From: an uncultured Planctomycetaceae bacterium
Lineage (GTDB): Bacteria; Planctomycetota; Planctomycetia; Pirellulales; PALSA-1355
Direction: 5' to 3'
DNA length: 64,000 bases
Assembly: GCA_963785305.1 (NCBI GenBank)
Contig: CAWAUV010000007.1
Span: 576,001-640,000, forward strand
The position numbers and the translations under genes are program-made. Below, one piece after another: positions 11,075-21,012 of the stretch (its first letter is position 1; every line of letters begins with the position of its first letter). The notes under the pieces are model-generated. The model was not told where the DNA came from, searched no databases, and saw only the letters and a list, made by a program, of their open reading frames with translations.

Positions 11075-12703
11075 ATGGATGTGCTCGCGCCCCAGGATCG
11101 CAGCCGCCGGATGGCCCGGGTTCGCTCGCGCGACACCGGCCCGGAACTGGCGTTTCGCCGCGCCATTTGGCGCCTTGGCTATCGGTTTCGCGTGTGCGAT
11201 CGGCGTTTGCCGGGCAAGCCCGATCTCGTGTTTCCGCGACATCGGCTGGTGGTGTTTATCGACGGCGATTTCTGGCACGGGGGCCAATGGCGGCGCCGGC
11301 GGCTCGCGGCACTAGACGAACAGTTTGTCGGCGCCGAAAATGCTTTGTATTGGAAGGCCAAGATTCGCCGCAACATCGAGCGAGATTTTCGCCACACCGC
11401 CGCCTTGCTCGACTTGGGCTGGCGGGTGCTGCGCTTCTGGGAGACCGACTTGACCAAGCGATTGGATGCCTGCCTTGCCACGACGGTCGACGCGCTCGCT
11501 GTTGCGTCGGAAGCCCGCCCACGACCGCATTTGCCCATCGCCGAGCGCACGGTCGCCGAGTTTTTCGCCGGGATTGGGCTTGTGCGTCTGGCGGTCGAAC
11601 AGCAAGGTTGGCGAGTGGTGTTCGCCAATGATTTCGATCCGCGAAAGGCCGTCATGTATCGCGATCAGTTTGGCGACGATCATCTATCCACGGCCGACAT
11701 CCACTCGCTCGACGCCGACTTGATGCCGAGCGCCACGCTGTTTTGCGCTTCGTTCCCTTGCACCGATCTTTCGTTGGCCGGCGCGCGGCGGGGGCTCGAT
11801 GGCAAAGGCTCCGGCGCCTTTTGGGGCTTTGTGAGAATCCTCCGCGAGATGGGCGCGCGTCGCCCGCCGCTGGTGCTGCTCGAAAACGTGGTGGGCTTCC
11901 TTTCCTCGCGCGGCGGCGACGATTTTGCCGCTGCCCTGCGAGCGCTCAATCAGTTGGGCTACGCCGCCGACGCGCTCGTGCTCAATGCCTCGTCGTTCAC
12001 GCCGCAAAGCCGGGCTCGGCTGTTCGTGGTCGCGCGACAAACGCCCGCCGAACCGACAAGCGATGTATCTCTAGCGAGCAATGTTGCTCCGTCGGCCATT
12101 CGCCCGCCGGCGCTCGTCGACTTTATTCATTCGCATCCCGATATCGCCTGGGCGATTCGCCACTTGCCGGCGCCGCCCGCGATGGCGGAGCATTGCCTTG
12201 CCACGATCGTGGAACCCCTGGCCGACGACGACGACGCTTGGTGGAACACGAAGCGAGCCGAATACTTTTGGAATCAACTCAGCGACCGGCACCGAGCGGT
12301 GGCCGAAACCATGGTCGCCGCCAAGCAAGTGACCTATGCCACGGCCTTTCGCCGGGTTCGCAAGGGGCGCTCGATGGCCGAACTGCGGACCGATGGCCTC
12401 GCCGGCTGCCTGCGCACTCCACGCGGCGGCAGCGGCCGACAGATTCTCTTCAAGGCGGGCCGCGGGCGCTATCAGGTGCGGCTCTTGAGCCCGCGCGAAT
12501 GCGCCCGGCTTCAGGGCGTGGGCGATGACTACAAGATCCAGGTGGGCGTGAATCAGGCGCTGTTCGGCTTTGGCGACGCGGTGTGCGTGCCGGCCGTGGC
12601 CTGGATCGTGGAGCATTATCTGACGCCCGTGGCGAGCGAAATGCTCCGCGGCGTCGTGCATGCGCCGCGAGGATGGGAGTCACTTGGCATCCCCACTGAA
12701 TAA
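11075..12703 (+). CDS. Fusion of Vsr very-short-patch repair endonuclease (N-terminal) and C5-cytosine DNA methyltransferase (C-terminal)
   Basis: Vsr: RSRRMARVRSRDTGPE, LPGKPDLVF, FIDGDFWHG, YWKAKIRRNIERD, GWRVLRFWE. MTase: EFFAGIG (motif I), ASFPCTDLS (IV), LENV (VI), PQSRARLF (VIII), PRECARLQG/FGDAV (IX/X). One uninterrupted frame. Confidence 0.9.
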   Translation: MDVLAPQDRSRRMARVRSRDTGPELAFRRAIWRLGYRFRVCDRRLPGKPDLVFPRHRLVVFIDGDFWHGGQWRRRRLAALDEQFVGAENALYWKAKIRRNIERDFRHTAALLDLGWRVLRFWETDLTKRLDACLATTVDALAVASEARPRPHLPIAERTVAEFFAGIGLVRLAVEQQGWRVVFANDFDPRKAVMYRDQFGDDHLSTADIHSLDADLMPSATLFCASFPCTDLSLAGARRGLDGKGSGAFWGFVRILREMGARRPPLVLLENVVGFLSSRGGDDFAAALRALNQLGYAADALVLNASSFTPQSRARLFVVARQTPAEPTSDVSLASNVAPSAIRPPALVDFIHSHPDIAWAIRHLPAPPAMAEHCLATIVEPLADDDDAWWNTKRAEYFWNQLSDRHRAVAETMVAAKQVTYATAFRRVRKGRSMAELRTDGLAGCLRTPRGGSGRQILFKAGRGRYQVRLLSPRECARLQGVGDDYKIQVGVNQALFGFGDAVCVPAVAWIVEHYLTPVASEMLRGVVHAPRGWESLGIPTE

Positions 12704-12727
12704 GTCAGCAAACCCATGGCCTGGGTG

Positions 12728-13786
12728 CTACTCAATGCGACCGACAAGTTCTCGGATGTTTGGTTGTTGCGTGTCGAGTTGTGTTTGATTCACCGTGTGC
12801 TGTTTTGATGCGAATAAGTGCTGTCCGGCCGTGAGGTTGACTAGCGGAATTCCGAGTGCGCTGGATACGACCGACGCGGTATTTGCGTCGACGACTTCGT
12901 ACTGAAACATCTCCTTAAATGATTTTTGGTTTATCGGCGATGGCGTTCCACTTGGATGGATGCAAAAGCTATTCGGCGTTCGCTGCCAAGCATCCCATAT
13001 CTCTTTTCCGATCTCATTTACGACAGTGCGAAACGCCTTCGCCGAAGATCGATTTGCCTGAGTCAGGCGATTTCCAACGTAGCAGTAAATCCCTGGCACA
13101 CGAAGTTTGTACTGGTTTGATTTTCGGAAAAACTCAGACTGTTCGGCGCCTTGACGACGAGATATTCCGTAAAGTAGCGCCAATACCGTTCGGACCGCGC
13201 GTTTCGACGAGCCATCCGCCGAGAAGGGAATAATCAGCCGATCTGAAGCGGACATTGCAAGTTCTGTGTAGATTCCGAAGCTTGGGTTGCAATCAATGAA
13301 CACGGTAGTTTCTCGCGTGTTCCAGTTCTCGTTGATGTCGGTGACGAGGTCGCTGAGCCAACCATGCACGGTCGCCCATGCATCGTCAGGGCCGGGCGCT
13401 GTTGCATTCGCGACGCGTGATGCCAGTATTTCCAGTTCTTCGTCGCCCACGACGAGGTGCAGGTTCGCTGGAACGCTCGCGTTTCGAGACCGAACTTGCG
13501 TTACATATTTGGCGCCTGTGGCGGGGCTATGATACGGGCTTGAGATTCGGTCGCGTATGTAGCCAGCGATAGTCGCGCGCGGTTCTCCCGAACTCAATGA
13601 TTCAAGAGCAGCTTCACCCTTTTCGATGCCTCCCAGCAGCATGCTAGACGCATTGGCCTGTGGGCACATGTCGATGACCAACACTTGTTTCGACGAATGA
13701 ATGCGAGCGTATTCGCAAGCGACCTGAAAGGTGAGATAGCTCTTGCCGACACCGCCCTTGTTGTTCCAAAGCGCATAGATCGCCAT
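12728..13786 (-). CDS. Orphan ParA/MinD-family ATPase
   Basis: Deviant Walker A NNKGGVGKS, VLVIDMCPQANAS, FIDCNPSF; GGAGG RBS before ATG 13786; visibly lower GC than flanks. Confidence 0.88.
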   Translation of the reverse strand: MAIYALWNNKGGVGKSYLTFQVACEYARIHSSKQVLVIDMCPQANASSMLLGGIEKGEAALESLSSGEPRATIAGYIRDRISSPYHSPATGAKYVTQVRSRNASVPANLHLVVGDEELEILASRVANATAPGPDDAWATVHGWLSDLVTDINENWNTRETTVFIDCNPSFGIYTELAMSASDRLIIPFSADGSSKRAVRTVLALLYGISRRQGAEQSEFFRKSNQYKLRVPGIYCYVGNRLTQANRSSAKAFRTVVNEIGKEIWDAWQRTPNSFCIHPSGTPSPINQKSFKEMFQYEVVDANTASVVSSALGIPLVNLTAGQHLFASKQHTVNQTQLDTQQPNIRELVGRIE

Positions 13787-14422
13787 GTCGTTGCCTCCGT
13801 TTGAAATCGACCCCAAAATGCTCCGGCCAGCTTAAAACAATTAAGGACGGTATTGTTAAACGAAATTCCCGGTTTACGCAAGCGGCTACTGCGTCAAGTC
13901 TTACGTCCGATCCGCGATTCACGCGCCAGCACCGAAGTCGTTTGCGAAAACGCATTCATTCATTGGATCTCCGGCAGGCGGCCTTCGGCGCGCCTCTCGG
14001 CCATGTGCTCGAATGCCTTTTTGCCACAACGACACCGCCGGCGGCATGCCATCGGCAAATTCAACGGTCTGATCCCGCAGAGCTGTACCAGATATTGCAT
14101 CAAAGCAGTCCGATTTCCAGCGTTTAATGCACCGCTATCGGCGACTAATTTGGCTGCTGAGCGCGTATTTGCAGGATTTTATCCGGAAAAACGTCGCAAT
14201 TAGATGCGATTCCCATAATTTCTGAAAGTGCGCGCCCCTTGCAAACCGGAGGTAAAGACCTAAGCTTCTGGCATCGAATCGTTGGAGATAGTGGCGCCGG
14301 ACGACCTCGCGATCGCCGTGCTTTGCCCAAGTTTCCGAATGACACATTCGCGACGTCCGCTCTGTTCATTGTGATCCGCGCGATTGGCGTTCTCGTTCCG
14401 ACGGACAACCTCGAAACATCGC

Positions 14423-15434
14423 ATGCAAACCATGGTCGGCTCGGCTCCGCTCTTGTCGATCGTCGTGCCGGTGTACAACGAAGAGAGCACGATCCCTCGG
14501 TTTTTGCAGGCGATGCGCGCTGCGCTTGCCGAGGTGACCGAGGATTACGAAATCCTCTTCGCCGCCGATCCCGGCGGCGATCGCACCGTCGAAATCCTGC
14601 GTGAGGAACATGACCGCGATCCGCGCGTGCGGGCGCTGGTGTTTTCGCGGCGTTTTGGCCAGCCGGCGGCCGCCTGGGGCGGGCTTGCCCATGCGCGGGC
14701 GCGGCGGTGATCGTGATCGACTGCGATCTGCAAGATCCGCCGTCGCTGATTCCCGAAATGGTCCTCCGCTGGCGCGAGGGCTACAAAGTCGTGATTCCCC
14801 AGCGACGCAGCCGCAAGGGCGAGACCGTGCCGAAGCGCGTGGTCGCTTATCTCGGCTACATGCTCATCAACAAGATTTCGACCGTGCCCATTCCCCGCAA
14901 CACCGGCGACTTTCGCCTGCTCGACCGCGTGGTGGTCGATGAGCTGATGAAGCTCAACGAATCGCACGGCTTCCTGCGAGGGCTGTGCGGCGTGGTCGGT
15001 TTCAGGACCTGCCTCCTGCCGTTTGACCGCGAGGCCCGCGTGGCCGGCCAGGGCAAATACAACCGGCTGGTCGGCAGTTTGCGGATCGGCTTTAACGGAA
15101 TTGTCGCCTTTTCCGATTATTTGCTGAACGTGATGGTGACACTGGGCTTCGTCATGGCGGTGCTGGCGATCCTCGCAATGGGCGTCATTGCGTATCTAAA
15201 GGCAAGCGGCGTCTACGATTTCGCCGCCGGCTTGGCCACCGTGTCCATGCTCATCTTGCTCCTCACCGGCGTGCAATTCATTGGCATGGGCATTCTGGCG
15301 CATACATCGGTCGCATCTATGATGAATCAAAGCGACGGCCGAAGTTCATCGTCGAACATTGGATCGGACGCCCCGAACCGGCCGACGCCTCGACCCCTCG
15401 CGTGATCGCCGACTCGCCGCTCGATCGCTCCTAA
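14423..15434 (+). CDS. GT2 polyprenyl-phosphate glycosyltransferase, GtrB/ArnC-like (frameshifts near 14700 and 15298)
   Basis: LSIVVPVYNEE, FSRRFGQ, IDCDLQDPP, GDFRLLDR, two C-terminal TMs, restored tail GAYIGRIYDESKRRP. Confidence 0.88.
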
Positions 15435-15543
15435 GCCGCGAACGAGCCGCCCCATCGAGTCGCGAGGGACCTATTCGCTCCGCGACCGACGCTCAAGGGC
15501 GCCCGCGCCTCAAACCCTCTCTTCAAACCGGAACCACGTCAAC

Positions 15544-16499
15544 ATGCACTGCTTCGTCACCGGCTCCGCGGGTTTCATCGGGAGCACGCTGGTCGATCGC
15601 CTGCTGGCCGACGGACACTCGGTCACGGGCTACGACAACTTCTCGACCGGCTACGAGGCGTTTCTCACCGGCGCGCTTCGCCACCCGCGCTTCTCGCTCG
15701 AGCGCGGCGATCTGCTCGATTTGCCAAACGTGAAACGGGCGATGCAGTCGGCCGAGATCGTGTTTCACTTGGCGGCCAATGCCGATGTCCGGTTCGGCGT
15801 CGAGCATCCGCGAAAAGACCTCGAGCAAAACACGATCGCCACGTTTCATGTGCTCGAGGCGATGCGCGCCGTGGCGCGAAACGGATCGCGTTTTCCTCCA
15901 CCGGCTCGATCTACGGCGAGCCGGAGGTGTTTCCCACGCCCGAGACCGCGCCGTTTCCGATTCAAACTTCGCTCTACGGCGCCTCGAAGCTCGCCGGCGA
16001 GGGACTATTGCAAGCCTATGCCGCCGGATTCGGCTTCACGGCGTATATCTTCCGCTTCGTGTCGATTCTCGGCGAACGCTATACCCACGGCCACGTGCTC
16101 GACTTTTATAAGAAGCTGCAAGCCGATCCGCGCGAAATCGAAGTGCTCGGCAATGGACTGCAGCGCAAAAGCTATCTTTATGTGCAAGACTGCGTCGACG
16201 CGATGTTGCTCGCCCTCGAGCGGGCCCACGAGCCGGTAAACATTTTCAATCTCGGCACGGACGAACATTGCACCGTGAACGAATCGCTTTCTTGGATTTG
16301 CGAACACCTGGGCCTCGAGCCGCGGCGAAAATACTCGGGCGGCGAGCGCGGCTGGATCGGCGATAGCCCGCGCATCTTTCTCGACTGCCGCAAGATCCGC
16401 TCGCTCGGCTGGCAGCCCCGGCTCACGATCCGCGACGCGGTGCTGCGCACCTTGATTTATTTGCAGGCAAACCCCGATCTTTCCGCGATACACTCTTAA
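15544..16499 (+). CDS. NAD-dependent epimerase/dehydratase (frameshift near 15870)
   Basis: TGSAGFIG, FHLAANAD, YGASK. Confidence 0.9.
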
Positions 16500-16509
16500 G
16501 GTTCATTGC

Positions 16510-17820
16510 ATGCGCATTGCCGTTTACGGACTCTGGCATTTGGGAAGCGTCACGGCCGCTTGCTTGGCGCGAGCGGGCCATGACGTGTACGCGCTCGATC
16601 CGGATGAAAAGATCATTGCCGACCTGCGCCGCGGTCTGCCGCCGATCGACGAGCCGGGACTGCCCGAGCTAACGGCCTCGGGGCTCGCCAGCGGTCGTCT
16701 CAACTTCACCACGGACGCCCACGAAGCGCTTAAAGACGCCGAACTGCTCTGGGTGACTTTCGACACCCCGGTCAACGAGCGCGACGAAGCCGATTTCGAC
16801 TTCGTGAGATCGAAGTTAGAGAGCGTCGCCGATCAAATTCCGCGGGGCACAATGGTGCTGATTTCGTCGCAGGTTCCGCTGGGGTTCACGCGAGCGCTTC
16901 AGGGGCAATGGCATGCGCGTGGCTTGCGTTTTGCCTATTCGCCCGAAAATCTTCGCTTGGGCAAGGCAATCGACAGCTTTTGCAAGGCCGATCGGGCCGT
17001 CGTCGGTTTGGACTCCCTCGAGGATCGGCCGCTTTTGCAGGTGCTGTTGGGTGCATTCGCGGCTCGCATCGAGTGGATGTCGATCGAGTCGGCCGAGATG
17101 ACGAAGCATGCCATCAACGCCTTTCTCGCAAGCTCGGTGACGTTCATCAATGAACTGGCCCGACTGTGCGAAGCGCTGGGCGCCGATGCAAAGCAGGTCG
17201 AACGAGGACTCAAAAGCGAGGGGCGCATCGGCCCCAAGGCATATCTTGGGCCTGGAATGGCATTTTCCGGCGGCACGCTTGCTCGCGATCTCCGCTACTT
17301 GGTAAGCTTCGGCGATCGCGAGTCCATCGGCACGCCGCTATTGAGCGGGGCGCTCGAAAGCAATCTCTCCCATCAACATTGGCTGCATGAAAAATTAGCC
17401 CATGCGCTGGCCGAAGTGTTCAACCCCGCGGTTGCCGTGCTTGGGCTGACCTACAAACCGGGAACGAATACGCTTCGCCGCTCCGCGTCCGTCGAGCTCT
17501 GCCGCTGGCTGCACGGCCGTGGGGTGCGAGTGCGAGCCCATGATCCCGCGATCAGCGAGTTGCCGGAGGAACCGGCCCGAGTCATTACCCTATGCTCAAG
17601 CCCGCGTCAGGCTCTCGATGGCGCCAACGTCGCGGTCGTTTCCACCGAATGGCCCGAATATCGCGACATTCCGGGCTCGCTGTTTGTTCAATCCATGCGG
17701 CGGCCCTGGGTGGTCGATCCCAACTGGTTTTTGTCGCAGTCGCTCGCCAGCATTCCGGAAATACGTTATTTGGCCACCGGCAAGGGCGAGGATCTTTCGA
17801 TCTCCGCTCAAGATTCGTAG
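16510..17820 (+). CDS. UDP-glucose/GDP-mannose dehydrogenase family protein, atypical active site
   Basis: YSPENLRLG, AEMTKHAINAFLA, FINEL, LGLTYKPGT; FSGGTLARD in place of the usual GG(S/Y/H)C(F/L)PKD. Confidence 0.85.
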   Translation: MRIAVYGLWHLGSVTAACLARAGHDVYALDPDEKIIADLRRGLPPIDEPGLPELTASGLASGRLNFTTDAHEALKDAELLWVTFDTPVNERDEADFDFVRSKLESVADQIPRGTMVLISSQVPLGFTRALQGQWHARGLRFAYSPENLRLGKAIDSFCKADRAVVGLDSLEDRPLLQVLLGAFAARIEWMSIESAEMTKHAINAFLASSVTFINELARLCEALGADAKQVERGLKSEGRIGPKAYLGPGMAFSGGTLARDLRYLVSFGDRESIGTPLLSGALESNLSHQHWLHEKLAHALAEVFNPAVAVLGLTYKPGTNTLRRSASVELCRWLHGRGVRVRAHDPAISELPEEPARVITLCSSPRQALDGANVAVVSTEWPEYRDIPGSLFVQSMRRPWVVDPNWFLSQSLASIPEIRYLATGKGEDLSISAQDS

Positions 17821-17839
17821 CAATTCTCAAGGAAAACTC

Positions 17840-18703
17840 ATGGAAATCGGCGGTCGACGAGCCATCATTACCGGCGCCAATCGCGGAATGGGCCGCGCTA
17901 TTGCCACGGCCTATGTCCAGGCCGGCGCCAGCGTGCTGCTCGTGGCGCGCGATGAGCCCCTGCTAGAGCAAGTGCGCGAGGAACTCGAGGCATGCGCGAG
18001 CGATCCGGCGCGGCAGATCCACGCGATGGGCTGCGATGTTTCAAAGGCGCGCGACTGTCAGGCCGTCGTCGCGCGAGCCCAACAACTGTTCGGCGAAATT
18101 ACGATCCTGGTCAACAATGCCGGCATTTATGGACCGATGGGAAAGATCGAGGAAGTCGACTGGGAGCATTGGGTTCAGGCGATCGAGATCAATCTATTCG
18201 GAACCGTCTTGATGAGCCGGGCGATTTTGCCGCACATGCGCCAGCAAAAGTATGGAAAGATCATCAATTTGTCCGGCGGCGGCGCCACCGCGCCCTTGCC
18301 GGGCATCAGTGCTTATGCCGCCTCCAAGGCGGCCGTGGTCCGCGTCACCGAGACCATGGCCGAGGAGCTCCGCGATACCGGAATCGATGTCAATTCGCTG
18401 GCGCCAGGCGCCCTCAATACCCGGCTTCTCGATGAAGTGCTGGCCGCGGGTCCTGAAAAGGTCGGGGCCGCGTTTCATCAGCGGGCAGTCGCCCAAAAAG
18501 AACATGGGGGCGCTCCGCTCGAAAAAGGCGCCTCGCTCGCCGTCTTTCTCGCATCGGCCGCCAGCGACGGCATTACCGGCCGACTGATCAGCGCTGTCTG
18601 GGACCCCTGGCAAGACCTGCCGAGTCATCGAGACGAGCTCGCCGCGGGCGATGTCTACACCCTGCGACGCATTGTTCCCAAGGATCGAGGTCTCGAATGG
18701 TAA
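17840..18703 (+). CDS. Short-chain dehydrogenase/reductase
   Basis: TGANRGMG, LVNNAG, YAASK. Confidence 0.9.
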   Translation: MEIGGRRAIITGANRGMGRAIATAYVQAGASVLLVARDEPLLEQVREELEACASDPARQIHAMGCDVSKARDCQAVVARAQQLFGEITILVNNAGIYGPMGKIEEVDWEHWVQAIEINLFGTVLMSRAILPHMRQQKYGKIINLSGGGATAPLPGISAYAASKAAVVRVTETMAEELRDTGIDVNSLAPGALNTRLLDEVLAAGPEKVGAAFHQRAVAQKEHGGAPLEKGASLAVFLASAASDGITGRLISAVWDPWQDLPSHRDELAAGDVYTLRRIVPKDRGLEW

Positions 18704-18713
18704 GAGGTCTGGC

Positions 18714-19715
18714 ATGACACTGCGCGCCGCGATCATCGGCTGCGGGCTCATCGGCGGCAAGCGGGCCCAGGCCCTCGGCGAATGCCGCTTGGTCGCCGCC
18801 GTCGACACTCGGCTCGACCGGGCCGAGCAGCTCGCCGCGCAAGTTCCCGGCTGCATCGCCCGCGACGATTGGGCGTCGGTCGTCGGCCGCGACGACGTGG
18901 ATATCGTGATCGTGGCCACGACCAACAATATGCTGGCCGCGGTGACCGGCGCGGCCGTGGCGGCGGGCAAACATGTGCTGGTGGAAAAGCCGGCGGCTCG
19001 CAATGCCGCCGAACTGGCCCCGGTGGCCGAGGCGGCGCACCGCGCGAGCGTCACGGTCAAGGTCGGCTTCAACCACCGCTTTCATCCGGCCCTTGAACTG
19101 GCCCACAAAATGTTTTCCGCCGGTGAAGTCGGGCCGCTCCTTTATATTCGCGCTCGCTACGGCCACGGCGGCCGCGTGGGCTACGACCGCGAGTGGCGGG
19201 CCGATCCCGCGATCGCCGGCGGCGGCGAAATGCTCGACCAGGGCGTGCATTTGATCGATTTGGCCCGGTGGTTCGCCGGTGATTTCGTCGAAGTGGCCGG
19301 CCATGTGGGCACGTTTTTCTGGGACATGCCGGTCGAAGACAACGGTTTCGCCCTGCTCAAGACCGCCGCCGGCCAAGTCGCCTGGCTGCACGCGAGCTGC
19401 ACCGAGTGGAAGAACCTGTTTTCGTTCGAGATATTTGGCCGCGATGGAAAACTGCAAATCGACGGCCTGGGCCGCAGCTACGGCGTCGAGCGGCTCACGC
19501 ACTACCGAATGTTGCCGCAAATGGGTCCGCCCGAGACGCAAACCTGGGAATTCCCCGGGGCCGATCTTTCGTGGCAGGCCGAATTCGCCGATTTCACCAG
19601 CTCGATCGCCAGCGGCCGCCCGCCGCGCGGCACGCTCGACGACGCCCTGGCGACGCTCGAGGTCGTTGAGACCCTTTATCGAGGCACGCCGATGATCGCC
19701 TTGCCGAAACCGTAA
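18714..19715 (+). CDS. Gfo/Idh/MocA family oxidoreductase
   Basis: IIGCGLIG, GKHVLVEKP, VGFNHRFHP, GGGEMLDQGVH. Confidence 0.92.
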   Translation: MTLRAAIIGCGLIGGKRAQALGECRLVAAVDTRLDRAEQLAAQVPGCIARDDWASVVGRDDVDIVIVATTNNMLAAVTGAAVAAGKHVLVEKPAARNAAELAPVAEAAHRASVTVKVGFNHRFHPALELAHKMFSAGEVGPLLYIRARYGHGGRVGYDREWRADPAIAGGGEMLDQGVHLIDLARWFAGDFVEVAGHVGTFFWDMPVEDNGFALLKTAAGQVAWLHASCTEWKNLFSFEIFGRDGKLQIDGLGRSYGVERLTHYRMLPQMGPPETQTWEFPGADLSWQAEFADFTSSIASGRPPRGTLDDALATLEVVETLYRGTPMIALPKP

Positions 19716-19777
19716 CCGTTCACCGCGAATCGTTTTTGAACTGAGAACCGGAATTCGATAATTTAGTCCATGCCGAG

Positions 19778-19846
19778 CCTCACTAGCGTTTCGAGTTGTG
19801 ATGGGAAGGGCTCGCGCGCCGTTCTCGACACGAAGCGTCAGCGAGG
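19778..19846. repeat. REP-like inverted doublet (family A)
   Basis: CCTCACTAGCGTTTCGAGTTGTG pairs imperfectly with ACACGAAGCGTCAGCGAGG; intergenic. Confidence 0.7.
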
Positions 19847-19874
19847 CAGACGACTCACTCATCGCGAGGTTGTA

Positions 19875-20897
19875 ATGATTATCGTTCGTAGCCCCATGCG
19901 ACTTTCTCTATGTGGCGGCGGGACCGATCTGCCCGCCTATTACCGTCGGCATAGCGGATTTCTCATCGCCGCGGCGATCGATAAATATGTCTACATCACC
20001 CTGCATCAAACATTCATCAACGAGTTGATCGTCAAATACTCGAGACTCGAACGAGTTCGCTCCGCCGACGAGCTCCAGCACCCTATTATTCGCGAGGCCC
20101 TCAAACTTCTCGAAATCTCGGCCCTGAACCTCGAAATCACGAGCATGGCCGACATTCCGGCCGGCGCCGGGTTGGGATCGTCGGGCAGCTTCACCACGGC
20201 GCTGCTCATGGTGCTGCACGAGTACAAAAAAAATCTGATCCTTCCCGGAGAGCTCGCGGCCCAGGCCTGTCATGTGCAGATCGAGCGGGCCGGCGAAGCG
20301 ACAGGCAAGCAAGACCAGTACATCGCCGCGTATGGCGGTCTGACATCGCTCCAGTTCCTTCCGAATGAAACCGTGCAAGTCGCTCCCGTGAAAATATCGA
20401 GCGAGGCGCTTTACAATCTCGAGGATGGGCTGATGCTCTTCTTCACCGGCTATGGCCCCACGACGCCAGACGCCGCGCTGGACCCTGGCGAAGCAGGCCC
20501 ATATAAAACAAGCCCCCTCAACTCAACCCCAGACAGGCCCAGCGGCCAGCTCGAGCAAGCCATGATCGAGCGCTTGCATCAGGCCAAGGAGCTGACCTAT
20601 CAAACACAAGAGGCGTTTGAATCGGGCAATGTACACAAGTTTGGCGAGTTGATGAACGCTCAGTGGGAGCGGCAAAAGCAACGCGGCGGCGTCAACAACC
20701 CCGACATCGATCGTTGGTACGATCTCGCGATCACAAACGGCGCCATAGGCGGCAGACTGATCGGCTCCGGCGGCGCGGGTTTCCTCCTGTTCTACACCGA
20801 AGACACGACCCGTCTGCGGCGAGCCATGGCGCCGACGGGCCTGCGCGAGGTGCGCTTTCGCTTCGATTTCGAGGGGGCGCGAACATTAATCCAGTGA
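19875..20897 (+). CDS. GHMP sugar kinase, HddA (heptose-7-phosphate kinase)-like
   Basis: GGGTDLP, DIPAGAGLGSSGS, GKQDQYIAAYGG, GAIGGRLIGSGGAGF. Confidence 0.85.
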   Translation: MIIVRSPMRLSLCGGGTDLPAYYRRHSGFLIAAAIDKYVYITLHQTFINELIVKYSRLERVRSADELQHPIIREALKLLEISALNLEITSMADIPAGAGLGSSGSFTTALLMVLHEYKKNLILPGELAAQACHVQIERAGEATGKQDQYIAAYGGLTSLQFLPNETVQVAPVKISSEALYNLEDGLMLFFTGYGPTTPDAALDPGEAGPYKTSPLNSTPDRPSGQLEQAMIERLHQAKELTYQTQEAFESGNVHKFGELMNAQWERQKQRGGVNNPDIDRWYDLAITNGAIGGRLIGSGGAGFLLFYTEDTTRLRRAMAPTGLREVRFRFDFEGARTLIQ

Positions 20898-20946
20898 GCC
20901 CTCGGCGCCCGTCATTCGGTTTTTCTCGATGGCGGGATTCGGCTTG

Positions 20947-21012
20947 CCCTCGCTGCCGCGTCGGGTTGTGATCCGAGGGCGTTCCGTTCCTAACCCGAAG
21001 CGTCAGCGAGGG
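20947..21012. repeat. REP-like inverted doublet (family A)
   Basis: CCCTCGCTGCCGCGTCGGGTT ... AACCCGAAGCGTCAGCGAGGG; intergenic. Confidence 0.75.

Noticed and set aside
11075..13786. Complete type II restriction-modification system
   Set aside because: No recognisable restriction endonuclease gene adjacent.
13787..14422. ncRNA, parS array or small gene upstream of the ParA-like gene
   Set aside because: No convincing repeats, stable structure or protein motifs by eye; a covariance-model search would be needed.
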